From: Sphagnum compactum
Lineage: Eukaryota
Direction of reading: 5' to 3'
NCBI GenBank assembly: GCA_965153455.1
Contig: OZ234494.1
Coordinates: 5,890,001 to 5,954,000, forward strand
Length of the DNA: 64,000 nucleotides
In this document: piece after piece, positions 1 to 13,857 of the stretch
Layout: each line of letters opens with the position of its first letter
Position numbering within the stretch: position 1 is the first letter of the stretch
The notes under the pieces: generated by a model
Seen by the model: the letters and a program-made list of their open reading frames with translations, nothing else
Database searches by the model: none
Told to the model about the DNA's origin: nothing
Made by a program: the position numbers and the translations under genes

Positions 1-2764
1 AGTGCTCCAATATTGTTGTGTGATTTCTGTGGTCCATCACAGAAAACAATATGGCATTCTCTAAGAGAACTAGTGGGCTTGGCTTGTGCACTTTGGCACA
101 TATTGTTGTAAGTTGTAACCTAGATTTACAAAGTATTTTCATTGAATTTCCAATGACAAAAAGTGCACAAAATTCAATAGCTCCTGCACCATAAGTGTGA
201 AAGTTACTAAAACATCTTGGTGCACCTGCACTCATTGTGGGCTTTCCAACGGGAGCCAGAGTGCACCCCAATTTCCCTAAAGGTTTACTTTTTTATTTCT
301 ACAGGAACAAATAATTCTCTAAATTTGTAGGTGTGATTTCAAAAGTAACAAGGAATCTGCTACAACATATTCTCATTTTTCTTCTTTTTTCCAGCCAAGA
401 TGCAAAATTTCACCACTTTTAAAAACACTGATTGCTGGTAATATCAAGAGCACAACCTCAATTCCCCTAGAATTTCAGCTTTTGGATATTATTGAAATTA
501 TTGCTTCTGAGTTATTGATCGCCTTGGGCCACCACTAATTCCATTGAGCCCACTTCAAGGTGGGCCCAAAAAAGTTTCTTACATTCCTGGACAACATTAT
601 CCACTTCAGCCATGTAGGATTTCATGCAGATTTCACCAAGGAATGTATTTGGAGTCTCATGATTGGTCTTATTAGATTCCAAATGCATTCCAAGGGACAT
701 GAACAAACAGGAGGCATCATTTGGTTGACACCTAAATATACGTTTTCCAAGTAAACCGCACAAAAGTTTATATTTTCCATTTTGTGTTTTGATCTTGGAT
801 TCCTACAATTGCAAGTCCATTTGATTTGTGTGCATGAATTCATGTGTGTGACTTTTGATAGTGTTGGCTGCCAATCTACACAACAAACTTTTCAGCAATG
901 TCCAGTGTAATGCTCAGGAAGTGATTCATCGATGCACCCAATATGGTGACACCACAATCATCAAGACATTCTCTGAGCTGCTTTGCTTTCAAAGTCAGGT
1001 TTGTAAAAGCATCAACATGGACAATTGCAATACTAGTAGCAGAAAGCCAATCTCCAGCACTGCTTGCAAATTTGTAAGAGCTTTGTAAACACTGTTTGAA
1101 GTTCATGCTTGACTCATAAAAAAGCAACCTATCCAGATTGTTTCTCCAATCAGAACACACCTTGCTGAAACAGAGTGCCCCCTATCACATAAATACTAGA
1201 GCAAATTGTTATTCCACAGAAGGTTGGAACAGTACCAGAGCATGAGACCACTTCGGTCAGGTGCATGCCCAGGTTTGGATCACTACAATGACTATCAGTA
1301 ACCTCACCAGCTACTTCCTCCAATTACATACTGGGCTGCTATCAAAATATGTTGCCACTAGGCAGATTCTGCCTCACTGCTGACATCCTTGCGTGAGAAA
1401 TTTCTCTGAGAAGATTGTCTCCAAGCATTGATCAGCTATATTGACATTGCAGGCTCCTGTTATGTACAAGACGTTCATGGGTAGAGGTCGGCAAAAAAGG
1501 GACCGGGGTGAATCTTGGTACTGAATGGAAAGCGTCCAACTTATTAACCATCACAGTTTAGTCATGCACAATCCTCAAACCGATCCAGCATAGGCTTCTG
1601 ATGGCTGCAAACCCAGAAAATCATGAGTTGGACCTCAAGCTATTAAACAAAGCCTAATAGTTAGACTTAAGCTCCATACATCTTTTGAAACCAGAACTAA
1701 TCCTATATGAAGAGGATGTTGCTCCTTTGTGCTATGTGAAAGATCTAGAACTTACTGTACACATGGAGGAGGCAACCTAAAACCAGAGAATACCTTGTAC
1801 AAAAAAGACCTGTTTTGGTGGGATTGGGAGATTTGCATTCACTGATGCCCTATAGCCCATGCAAGTTTTGTTCTTGCATTGTAGAATCTAAATCAATATT
1901 CTACATGCAAGCCTGAGGAGTTGTACCAAACTTGAGGTTTCTAAAGTTCACCATTCAGAGCTGAAACTTTGTTTGCTACTCTACTATTTGAGGTGGCTGA
2001 AATCCCTTGATTCCAATCTGGTCTGGCTGCTGCTGTTGAGCCACCCTAAGATCTAATTGATACAAAGGAAACAACTCATAGGTGAAAGTGTCAGAATTAG
2101 GGTCCAGTACCTTGAGATATAGCAATCAATCATGACTATCAGTGGCCAGGATCAGTCCTCAATAAATGGCTTAGCTTGCGCTCCTCCATTCTCTTCTGCA
2201 TTTCCTCCTCCCATGCCTCTCAATCATTGTATCACCATGAACTAATAAGATTCTAGGTTGCACTGAGGCCTGCTCAGTTCCTCGATTTGGGTCCTAATTG
2301 TGGGTGAACAAATATCAGTTACTGATTACAGTTCAAATCCAATTCCACGCAAAAGTAGAAACCGATAACAATTGACAGAGTCAAGAGTTCCTAAAACATG
2401 GCAGTGGAATTGATGCCAAAGTAATTTAGTTGCAACCTTAAGGGTCTCTGGTTTCCCTATGTTCAGTTCTGTTAGTGTAGTTGTGATCAGTAGTTGTGCA
2501 CACACTACAAGGGTGGAACATTTAGAGTATACAGAGTCTGAGGAATTGAAACTCTGCTGACTCTAATTACACAAGTGCTTGAATAAAACAAAAGCTAGAG
2601 TCTCCATATGATCGTTACATTACTCAGGAACTGCATGTGATGTCTCCATCAAGACGCATGGTGCAGTGAAGCTCAATCCCACATAGAGAACATTTGATTG
2701 CAAAGAGCAATAGTGAGTGCAAGTTCAACCATGACAGGGCAGAAGAATGGGAAAAAGCAGTTAC

Positions 2765-4768
2765 CAACACACAGGCACGATAGGTTTCCCATTCCACCAT
2801 GCACTCCTCCTTCTCCCACTGCCCCTTCACAAATTTCTCCGAATACCATCTGGTGTCACCCAAAAGCAAAGTTGAATACCCTGCAATTTTCTGTCCTTAA
2901 GTCTAGAAGGGTAGATACAAGACTAAAGAACATATGCTAACATGCTTGCTTTGATACTCGCACACAAGCCATTTCACTAGGTGTCTGATCTCCAAGATCT
3001 CAGTCAGATTTCAACTTCATCCAATCATATGCATAAGCATATTGTTGTAAATTCTTCAGACCTGAGACCTCAATTTTCCTTCAGCCTTTGTTTCAAGTCT
3101 TAAACACAGCTCCCTAACCAACCAAGAGAAGAACATTCTGAATGTAGATGTAGATGAAAGCAAGCATGCACTTTTGTAAGTATTGCTACACAAAGGTTGC
3201 TGTTAATTATGTAGTAGTCTGAACTGGCACCTCGGCCCTTGTAAAAAGCTTGACAATCCCAATGGAAACCTGGAATTTCTAGCTCTCACAAAGACATTTG
3301 GATCAGGAACTAATAACAAAGAAGCTATCACATTTAACACAAAAATCATTGGGAAGAACTCATGGTTCCATACTAAACCTTTCTCCTACTTCTGAGATTT
3401 TTCAAATCCCTTCACAATTCAGAGTGATTCCTGAAAACATTGCTTGAATTCAATGTTGACATCTCTAGATAATACAAGACTGTCCCTTGCATCATGGATG
3501 TTGCTCTCTCTTCAAATCCTCATTGCCAAGCCAGGTTCAGCAGATTCATCAGAAGCACCTAAAACAGTATTTTCAAAAGCACGATAATGTCTGGAACATC
3601 AGGACCATACTGCAATCATCTGATATATGGGCACATTATGAACAAAAAGTTCATGAAAGATGGAGTCTAACCAACAACATTTAGGAAACCCACGTTAGCA
3701 GCAACAGAGTGTGACTATTGGCCTTGAAATTTGGATCCAGACCCAAGCTTGTTTCTTCAGTAGCAAGCTTTGGGCACCCATATAACATCAAGAGCATGAG
3801 CCAAGCCTTTTGATTTTTCACATTAATTTGGAAGACATTTCCTAAAGATATATAAGTCCTGCAATGATAGAAACCATGCACTCAATCTTGAGACTTTCAA
3901 GGTGGGGAACGAAGTGATAACACAGCATGCAATCTTGCAAAATTGCAGATTGCAAGGAGATGTTGACATCTTTCTTCTTAAATAGGAAAAACAGAACACT
4001 TTCAGTATTTTTTCTTTGCTCAAGGTTATGCAGGAAAAAGCTTACTATTCGTTGGGAGGCATGTAATCTTGTACATGAGACTACATTCCTTGCTACTGAA
4101 AAGCCAGTCTCTATTGAGGGGAACATAATAATCCCAGGTACAAGAGAAATCCTAAGCAACATGACAATAGGAATTATGGCAAGCTTGACAAACCCAGGTT
4201 GAAACCACTCAAATCTAACCTGGTTTCCTCACTGATTCAGTTCCCACTTCACACATAGTTCTTCACTTAGTTCCCAGTATGTGAAGCTATACTTCTGCAA
4301 ATCAGCTGTCATTGAGAAGTGACAAACGCCATCAATTTGGGCAGAATTTGAGCCTGAATAGTGTGAAACCAGATTATGTTTGAACTGATTGTGCCTCAAC
4401 CTAGAACACACAATTCCTTGTAGAGCGAATTTTTTTCATATTGTGGATAAAAAACAGCCTTAGGCCGCGCCAATGTCCGCAGAAAGAAAAAAGAAGAAGA
4501 AAAGATCACAAAGGGAAACCAGCAGCATAAAACTGAGAAACCCTAAAAAAGAGGGGTAGACAGGAGACAGAGAAAAAGGTTCAGGGAGCTTCTTCACTGA
4601 CCGATTGAAGCAGTCATGGTAAGCGGATTTCAGCGCTCTGCAATTGGCAATGCTGTTCTTGCTTTTTCCGTCGTCGTCATCCTTGTTGTGAGGAGCCTCC
4701 CCTTTCTTCTTCCTGCTTCTTACTCCTCCCTCATCCTTCCACCTCATCCCCAACTCCACCCATGCCAT
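2765..4768 (-). CDS. Mdm35/TRIAP1-family (UPF0203) twin Cx9C-type mitochondrial intermembrane protein; partial, terminal exon not identified
   Basis: Exon 4768 (or 4747)-4602 ends ...NCRALKSAYHDCFNR. A GT..AG intron spans 4601-2850. Exon 2849-2765 reads WYSEKFVKGQWEKEECMVEWETYRACVL and is followed by a GTAA donor. The joined peptide C..L..AYH.CFN.WYSEKF.KGQW.KEEC..EW..Y..C is characteristic of plant Mdm35-like proteins. Confidence 0.85.
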
Positions 4769-5177
4769 TCTCGTACCCTTTTCTAGCCCCACTCGGGTCC
4801 TCCGTTCACATTCTGCGCGACTCAGTCCGTCCGTCCCCGATCCAAACTCCTTCTCCTCCTCCTCCTCCTCCTCCTCCTCCTCCTCCTTTTCTCTCCCCAA
4901 AAAAACGGGAAAAAAAAGAGAAAAAAAACCAATGCAACTACAAGAACAGCAACAACCACAACATCTGGAGCTTGCAAAGCTCACAAATACGCTGGCTGCT
5001 GCTGGTTCCGGTGCGAGTAGCGATGTCACGATTGTGGCGATGACGCAGAAACGACAAACACAATGACGAGCGGGATAAGTATTCCAACGCACTCTCTACT
5101 GTTTCTAGGACTGTGCGCTTCACCTATCCTGCGCAATAGCCCTTCCACGTCCCAAAGTCCAGATCCTGAACGGGTTT

Positions 5178-5645
5178 TCCGTCCAACACCACATGTCAAA
5201 ACTCCTCCGTCCATCCAACTCCACATGTCAAACTCCTCCGTCCATCCAACTCCACATCTCAAACTCCTCCATCCAGCCATCCATCCATCCATCCATCCAA
5301 CTTCAGATGTCAAATTTCCCTCCCATCTCCAACTTCAGATTTCCCAAAATTTTAACTCCTCCATCTATCCAACTTCAGATGTCAAACTCCTCCATCCATA
5401 TCCAACTTTGGATGTTAAACTCCAATCATCTGTCCAACTCCAGAATGTCAAGCTCCTCCATCCATCCACCCATCCATCCAACTCCAGATGTCAAATTTAA
5501 CTCCTTCAGCTATCCAACTTCTGATGTGAAGCTCCACCTCCATCCACCTAACTCCAATCTCAAACTCCTTCAATCCATCCAACTCCATTCGTCAAACTCC
5601 TCCAATCCATCCAACTCCAGATGTCAAATTCCTTCCATCCACCAA
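5178..5645. repeat. Degenerate tandem repeat of about 27-40 bp (CCATCCAACTCCAGATGTCAAACTCCT-like)
   Basis: The motif tccatccaactyca(c/g)atgtcaaactcct recurs many times, with (CCAT)n expansions. It explains the repetitive ORFs 5063-5500 and 5193-5732. Confidence 0.85.
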
Positions 5646-5820
5646 GTTCAAGCTTCAAATTTCTATGTGAGTACATTATTTTGCAATTCTTTGCAAGTTT
5701 CTTGTGCATACTTCCATCATGTTTTAAGCTAAGTTTGAGTTAGTTCATTATTGTCATATCCCATTGTGTGTGATGTTTTTGGCCTTGTCTTGGTAGGTAA
5801 GGATATTGTGTTTAGATTCA

Positions 5821-5928
5821 TTAATGGCTATTGGTGGTTATTCTATTAATGGCTATTGGTGGTTATTCTATTAATGGCTATTGGTGGTTATTCTATTAAT
5901 GGCTATTGGTGATTATTCTATTAATGGC
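5821..5928. repeat. 25-bp minisatellite, about 4.3 copies
   Basis: TTAATGGCTATTGGTGGTTATTCTA x4, almost perfect (one g>a change). Confidence 0.95.
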
Positions 5929-6869
5929 CAGGTCTATTTTTATATGAGCATTTTTGAAAGATGATATATTTTGGCTTGTGTTGAACCTTGAGATTAGTTA
6001 TTATAGAGTTATAATAATATCTTGAAGGATTTTGGGTTTCTTTATTTTAGAGGATTTTTTTGAAGATTATATAATTTTTGCATGGTGAAATATTTGAATT
6101 TCCATAATTCTTCTTTTGCCTTAAAATATATATTTTTGAATGTAAATGGCAAGCGCCGCAATGTGACACACCCCCTTGTACTTTCCAAGGGATACATACG
6201 TTCCTCCATTTTGAAAAGCTTTTTATTGTCTTATATTTTTAGTTGAATTTAGTTTATTAGGTTGTGTTGCAAGTCACTTGATGGCCTCTACCACTTTGGC
6301 TTTCAAAAGATGCATAATTCTTGTGTCAACTAAGTAGTCTCTTTGCTTCACTTCTAATCTTTTGAATTGGTTCCTCAAGTGGTAAAGCCCAATATTGCAT
6401 TACTATAGATAGGCCTTGCTTCTTCATTGTTGCCTTTTGTAATGAGTCATATTCCATTGTCTTTCAAGACTCTTTTTTTGCCTTGCTTGATTTACAATGT
6501 TTGAACATGATGGTCATGATGTTCATCTATATTATAACTGCTTTTATACACTTCTCTTTTGCACTTTCAACTTTTGTTGTCTATTTTATGGTCTTACTCT
6601 TTTGGCACATAATATACCAAACAAGTGAAATGAGATTATCTTAGTGTTGGGCTTAATGTTGTAAGAGGACAAGGTGTTAATTTCTCTTTTTTAATCTTTA
6701 ATTTTGTTGGATGTACACAATTTTGTTTAACATCTTTAATTAATTAATTATGCGTGAAATTGAAAGCATTATGAAAGGCATGTGATGTGCAAGTTAAGAA
6801 AAATAATTTAATGGAAGGAATGAAGGTTCAAATGTGAAAAGTGTATCACCACAATTTCATCTTTCCCAA

Positions 6870-7092
6870 CAATCAGCTTCCATGGATTTGTCGATTGTCT
6901 CATAAGTCAAAATTGTGGAAATGCTTTATATTGCTTTGTTTTGGGTGTTCTAACTTCCATCTTAAAGTGACAATATGTATGTTGAAAAGTGAAAGAAGTT
7001 GAACAATGGGTGTAAACTCAAGGCCCCCACCTGACTTGGTTCATAATGAACCAAAGTTTGAGGTGGAGGCCGTGCTCAAGTCAAGGCAACTA
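6870..7092 (+). mobile_element. Small Ty3/Gypsy (chromovirus-like) integrase/chromodomain fragment
   Basis: 7018-7092 translates as SRPPPDLVHNEPKFEVEAVLKSRQL, resembling the PPP...E-F/Y-EVE-x-I/V-L start of chromovirus chromodomains. Upstream sequence is a badly decayed integrase-like stretch. Confidence 0.5.
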
Positions 7093-7789
7093 TGTATTGT
7101 TTAACTTTGTCAATATTTTCTTTGTCCTAAGTAGGTCATGGAAATTATTTGAATTCTTCAATGGTCCCTTGAATCACATTGGCTAAACAAATTAGTGTTA
7201 TATCCATTTGGGCCAATGAACTTTTATGCTCATTTTATTTAACTTTACAACCTTTCATCATATGAAACGTGTCATCATCAATATGATTGTCCTTAGAAAT
7301 GTCCATAAGTATATTAGAATGTATCATCCTCACATCATTTGAAGCTTTAAAGGATATATCCAAATGGGGAGGTGTACAAAACTGGTGGCGAACCTTTCAT
7401 GATTAACATAGACTTATTACCATGTTTCACAATATAATATGAATTTTTCTTGTATAACAATAATGCATGGAAATGTGAATGAAAAAGAACAAAATAATTG
7501 ATCTTTGCACAAACTTTTTAATGCAATGCCCATTCACTTGTGCAACAAGCTTATGGAGTAAAATGGAATCAAACATTGAAGTTTTTTTTTGAAGTCATGC
7601 CCTATTGGGCTTAGCTTTCACCTCCCATTCGGTGTCTTATCCCCTTATGGTTATTGTTTGCAAAGTCTTGTAATAAGGTGCCAAATTTTGAAAACCTAAC
7701 ATCAATTCGATTCCAAAAAGAAATTTCAACCCATGGGCGTTGCCACCCCATTTTTTTATGTTATAGGTGTTATATCCAAGTTGGGGAAG

Positions 7790-8470
7790 GCTTAAAAGGG
7801 CTAGGGGCATTATAGAGTAGGGGTTAAGGGTTATTTGGCTATCGGGTTTTATGCATATATAGGTTAAATGACCATATTGATGTTATATGGTTATATTGGC
7901 TATAAAAGTTATATGGTTATATAAGCCATTTAGATATATTGTTATATGGTCTATGGGTTATATAGGTATGGGCTAATGGGGGTTATAGGTTATGGGGTTA
8001 GGATTTTGTGTTTTTGGTTTTAAATTCTAATTTTTAGGGTTTTCATTTGTTCTAAGTTTAATATTAAAGGTGTATTACTAAAAATTTTAAAGTTTCAGTT
8101 TTTATTTTGTATTTGGTTTTTTTGGGTTTGCGTTTTGAGTTTACTTTCTAAGGTTTAGGACTTCAAAATTTAGGGTTATTTTAGGGTTTTCATTTGGTTC
8201 TTTTAGGGTTTAAGGTTTAGCTTTTAAAGTTTAGGACTTGAAGTTTTAGAATTTGGTTTTTAGAATTTGTGTTTGGTATTTTTAGGGTTTTGGACTTGAA
8301 ATTTTAAGGTCTTGTTTCTAGGTTTTTTTTTTGGTTTTTTTAAGGTTTAAATTTAAGATTTAGCTTCTGAGGTTTAGGATTTTAAATTTTAGGGTTTGTG
8401 TTTGGTCTTTTTAGGGTTTAGGTTTTAAGTCTAATTTTAAGGTTTAAAATTTGAAATTTGAAATTTGATT
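7790..8470 (+). repeat. Degenerate GT-rich tract with telomere-like TTTAGGG/TTTAAGG units
   Basis: Many tttagggttt, aaggtttagga and ggttata variants; strong G/T strand skew. Confidence 0.7.
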
Positions 8471-11400
8471 TTGAAATTTGCAATTTTACTTTGCATTTAG
8501 GAATATTGTCCTTTTTGGGGTCCTTTTGCCAAAAAAACCATGTTTTTATAAAGAAGAATTTTCAAATGAAATATTTTGAAAATTTTCATTTATTTATTTA
8601 TTTATTTATAGTTACCCCAATATGTCATTTTTTTTTACAATGAATTTTTTTAAGTCTATAGGTTTGTGTTTCATCTTGAAAAATTGTCACAATTTCAAAT
8701 CATAACAAAACATGTTAACATTTTCAAGTTTAGTTTTTTATATTATAAACTACCACTTTTCTTTAAACAACATATACATTACATCACATTTACATGTTAT
8801 AAAGGACTCATGAACTTTAAAAAACCTTAAATTTTGATAAACACAAAATTGAAAAATATGAATTTTTTTTATTCATTTAAATTTTTCAATATCCATAATA
8901 TTCAATAAGCACAACTTTTCATGATTCCCATGCCATTAAAGTGACACCACATAGACAAATGTAGCCAAAATTGTAAAAAAGTTGACGTTTTGACATCAAT
9001 TTTGGCTCATTTGAGCTCATCCGCACCCACATATGCATTGAGAAGCTCAAGATGTTCAGTTTCAACATCACATCTCATAGAATTTTTCCCAAATGATGTG
9101 TTGTATGTAATGATCATTTTTTTCCCTTTTGTCTTTTTTCAATTAAAGTATGTGGGACAACATGTGGAAAACAAATACTAATGCATTTCAATTTTTGTAC
9201 TTGGTCATAATAAGGTTGATACTCATTGTTCGCAACAAAAAATGCTCATGGAACAAACTTTTGATTCCAAGCAACCCAAAACTTGGCTTGCTAATGTAAC
9301 ATCAAGAAGGATTTTGTTCAATCCATATTCCTATTAACATAAATTTTAATATTCATATTGACAACAATAAATGAAAAAGTCATTCCCCTAAATGGGAGGA
9401 CTAAATGGACTAATTTTAGGCAAGGATAGTTGCACATCATTTCTTTTATTTGGCAATGGGCTTGAAATTTCCAATTCCATGCAATCTTCTTTTTGTCTTA
9501 CCATTGCTTAAACATTTTTAAAAAAGGGTCAATTTTTTAATCATAAATAAAAAACTACCCTAAATCAAATCAAAACATGCAAGGGTGCAAACAAAGTAAA
9601 GGAGCCAAGGGTGCCAAGGTTAAAATCATTTCCAAGGATTGCATATGACACATGACATTCTTGTGTTGGTCAATTTTTTTAATTTTTAATTTTTCATATC
9701 TAGTTTACAACTGTGTTTTAAATATACTAAGTTTTTTACTATAACTTGGTTTACATCATTTATATATAATGCATCCATGCTTTAAATAACAGAAGAATGA
9801 ATAACTTTTGCTAAAGACACATTTTCAAAATTCATAATTGTTAAGGTCAAATCACATTTGAAACAAATATGTTCAAATGCATTAAAAATTTAATCTCATC
9901 AATTTCAAGTGTTTTTTTCTTTGATAATCATCAATGTTAAGGTCCTCTCCAATTTTTGCTCAAGCCAATGAAGAAGGTCATCACAAACTACATGACTCTT
10001 TTATTGAAAATGGGCATGAACATGGCCATAATTTCCATAACTCAAATTGACCTTGAGATCAATCATTTTTTGTGCAAGCCAAATTATATTTGTTTATGAT
10101 TTCATTCATGTGATCCAAACTTGTCAAACATAGTTATATCCCCTGTCTATTGCTCCTACCACAAAATTTGGCCTTCATATGTCTTGAGAGTACTAAGTGT
10201 TACTAGATTATGTTTATGAACACATCACATTGCATTGAAAACTCTTTTGAATGACAAATTCTGTTAATATAATGGTTGAATGACAAAGGAAAAAACTATG
10301 GTCCAAGGGAAGTCCAAAACCAAAGTGTAAATGGTGTGGTGGAGGCAATCACAAATTAACCATTTAACATTGATTTTTTTCATCTCTTTCATATTTCATT
10401 CTTTTGGGGGTGCTTTGTCCATATTCTATCAATTTCCCTTGCTTATGCTAGTTTATTTATCATGCCTATCTTGGGTGATCTTATTCCAATAGAGATTGTT
10501 GAATCTCTCTTGTCAAAATTTTAGAGTAATTTCTTCTCTCATGAGATTTTTTCAATGCCTTTCACATCACTTACCCCAAATATTGGTTTCAAGGGGCTAG
10601 GAACTAACAAATGTTCCCAAAGCATGTTACTAATCTAAAACACCATTATGGAGGTTCCAACATGAACTTTGTTAGGGATATGTTGTGTTAATTTGAGGAT
10701 TGGGAGATCCTTTTCAACTTTCAACATTTAAATGCAACATGGCATTTTCAAAATGATAATGAAAAACCAAACACATGCAACGTCCCTTTATGGCAACCCC
10801 ATCACTTGGTTGTGATGTAGCACCTCAACCTCGTAAACATTATGCCATAGTTTGCTTGAGCACCTCAAACTTGTTGAAATAAGTAGTTTCCTTTTTGCGG
10901 GTAATGTGGATGAAAAAAGACCTATTTTCAAAGTTTGAAATTTTTCAGACCTAGCTCACATAAGAGGTTGGGTTCCCATCACCCCATAGTTGTGAGGAAG
11001 TTTCCATAACAATTATTCACATTAGGGTGCAATCATACTAACATGTAGCATTAGCAATCGTAACCATTGTTTAATTTTTTAAACTTTGGATTGTTAAAAT
11101 GATGATGATAATAATAAATAAAATAATTTTTTATAAAATGTTATTGTGAATACATTATGTACGTATCATAAAAATTTAGAATCAATCTAATGAGTGAAAA
11201 ATACATATAAGGACTTTTTAAGCTTTATAACCACTACTTAAAATCTGGTTAAAAGTAGTTTAAGAATAATTTTGACATTAAAAGCACAATTTGAAATTTT
11301 TTTTAATGACATATTTTGGGATTTTAAAAATATAAACCTTAACATAATAGTATTAAGAAAACTTTTATTTAATTTAATGTTTTTTTGAAAGACGTATTAA

Positions 11401-11934
11401 ATTTTTTAAAATAATATTCTCAACAAAAATAGTGATATAAAGGGGCATGTGTGGCTCCTTATAGCATGGTTGGACCCAATAGTGAATATATGGAAACCAC
11501 TTAATACAAATCTTGATGTGCCAATGCCATTTGCCAAATTGTTGTGTTGCTCTTTGTGGTGTTGAAACCATTTTCCTTTGATTGTTTCATGGTGCCTTAA
11601 TAAATATTGCTATAGATTTTAATTAATGTTTGTGTGGCTATATTGGTTTTGATATTCTAGGTGGGTATAGATATATGTTGTAGAAATTTGAATACATATG
11701 AACAAGTATATGTGTATGAGCATTTGAGAAACATAACCATCAAAATGTTGAATAAAGCTTGTAAATTTGAAAAACATATATGCATTATTGGTTTAGTTAC
11801 TCAAATTTGATATACAAAAGTTTTTTACTAAGTATTTGTATACCACGAAAACATTTCTTGTGTCATTGGGCTAAATGTACATAAGGCAATTATGATGAAA
11901 TGTCATTTAATTTCATGTTTTTCAATTTCACACA

Positions 11935-12175
11935 ATAAATGATAACCCAACCAACACATTTCCATGTTTAAAATTGCAATGGGAACACAAGTCATATCAC
12001 ACAATATTTGATAAACCCAACCAACACATTTCCATATTTAAAAACACATGAAAACACATGTCATATCACATGATATGATAAACCCAACCATCACATTTCC
12101 ATGCTTTAAAATGCAATGAGAACATAAGTCATATTTCATGATAAATGATAATCCCAACCATCACATTTCCATGTT
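11935..12175. repeat. Minisatellite of about 68-70 bp, about 3.5 copies
   Basis: tgata(a)acccaacc(a/at)cacatttccat...aacac(a)agtcatatcac recurs at about 11940, 12009, 12076 and 12146. Confidence 0.85.
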
Positions 12176-13779
12176 TTCTTTGTAACTCGGGGTAGAGTTT
12201 TGGAGGGTGGGGTGGAAAAGGGGGCCATGAGTGTTATTTTTTCTTTGCATGAAGCCCTAGCTTTTTCTGTTTGGTGGGTGGGTGGACATGTTATTTAGAC
12301 CCCAAGTAAAACCAAAAGAAAACATGTTTAAATTTTTATTGCCCCAAACTAATGGATGGGCATGTGTAGATTTGGGTGCACCCATCCAATTGATTGGTTG
12401 TTTTGAAGTCTACCCATCTATTTGTTGTGTTTCTTCTCAAAAATATGAATGTTGAGTAACTGATTTAATCATGCCTCTATATCATTTCATTTTTTGGGGT
12501 TGTCACGTCTTTTTGTATCACAAGGTTTGATATCATTATGAAATGTAAAAACAATTCATATGATTAATTGTTGAAATGAAATTTGTTTGATAAACATACA
12601 AATAATTAGCTTCAATTTCTTTAAATCTTATTAAAATGAGATTCTTAAAAATTTGATTTGAAAGATTATGCAAGAATTGATTAAAATACAACACGTCAAT
12701 TTAAAAAATAATTAAAATTTTAATATAAAATTCTTTTTTGAGATATATAAATTCTTTCAATTTGTTTGATGTTATTTAAAAACTTCAATAAGGCTTTGAT
12801 GAAGATTTAATAACAAAAATCATAATGAAATTAATTTTCAATTGATTAATTTGATTGTATTGTTGTTGCTTTATATGTTATAAAAATTTTATTATTGCCC
12901 TAAGATAGTAGATGTGCATGTATGATTTTAGCTTTTACCAAGCATGTATGGGAGCAAACACAACTAGTTGGGCCTTTTGGGGATTTGCAATGGGAATTCA
13001 AGGGGACGACACAACCTACATGGGGAATATTCCATTCAGAATATGTCCAATTGTTCAGATTTTGCATGTTGTTAATTATTCATGTTCTAACATTTTGCAT
13101 ATTTCATTGTGTAGTGGCCTTTTCTTATGATATAATTGGTTTGGGGCATTATTAGTAGTATGGTACTTTTGTAGTTGTTTTTGGGTACAAGGTAGAGTCC
13201 CTAGAGTGGGGTCACTCCCAATTGAGGTCCTTTTCCTCTGTAAGGCAGAACTGGGATTTTTTCACTTTTTAGAAATAGTGACAAGCTGGCTAATACCTTC
13301 TGCTGGCTGGTACCTTCCACCGCAGAAGATCCCCCCTTGCTGAAAACATGTGGCTTCAGGCAGGTAAGGGAGCTGAAAATACAAAGGAAAAATCCATCTA
13401 TAACATACATGCCGTGCCACAACACTGAAAAAAACGACAGGGCTTTAGCAAATTCTACATGAAAAAAATATTTTGGATAAGACTTCTGAGTGCCCATTCG
13501 GGGTATTTATAGTTGTAAGGTACCTATACCTGAGGGGTGGTAGCCTAGAGGGTATAGGGAGCTTCAGACCCAAGTCCATCATTAGAGCCCTGTGTGACAA
13601 AATCATAAGACTCCTCAGTGCACCACCCTTGGTAATGCAGAAGCTCAAGTCAAGGTTGAGAGACTGTATGGATCAAATGGTCATTGCAATGCATTTGCAT
13701 CATTCCTCTACATGCAGCCCCTCACCAAGAAAACAAAGAGTAAACCAACATGAAGACACTAAGATTTGTATTGAAAAAG

Positions 13780-13857
13780 AAAAGAATGATGGTCAAACTG
13801 ATTTCATGCTGAATGAATAAAAGAATGACGGTCAAGCTGATTTCATGCTGAATGAAT
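13780..13857. repeat. Tandem duplication of about 39 bp
   Basis: aaagaatga(t/c)ggtcaa(a/g)ctgatttcatgctgaatgaat x2. Confidence 0.9.

Noticed and set aside
4769-5092. Long poly-Glu N-terminal extension of the Mdm35-like protein (210-aa ORF)
   Set aside because: The ORF begins at a non-ATG codon and the poly-E comes from a (GAG)n microsatellite in the probable 5'UTR. Family members are short.
5026-5732. ORFs of 95-179 aa as real proteins
   Set aside because: The peptides merely mirror the underlying tandem repeat and have no recognisable domain.
9950-10950. Decayed hAT-like transposase
   Set aside because: It looks like ancient coding-derived TE sequence, but I could not read a diagnostic motif. 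A similar uncertainty applies to 21400-22550.
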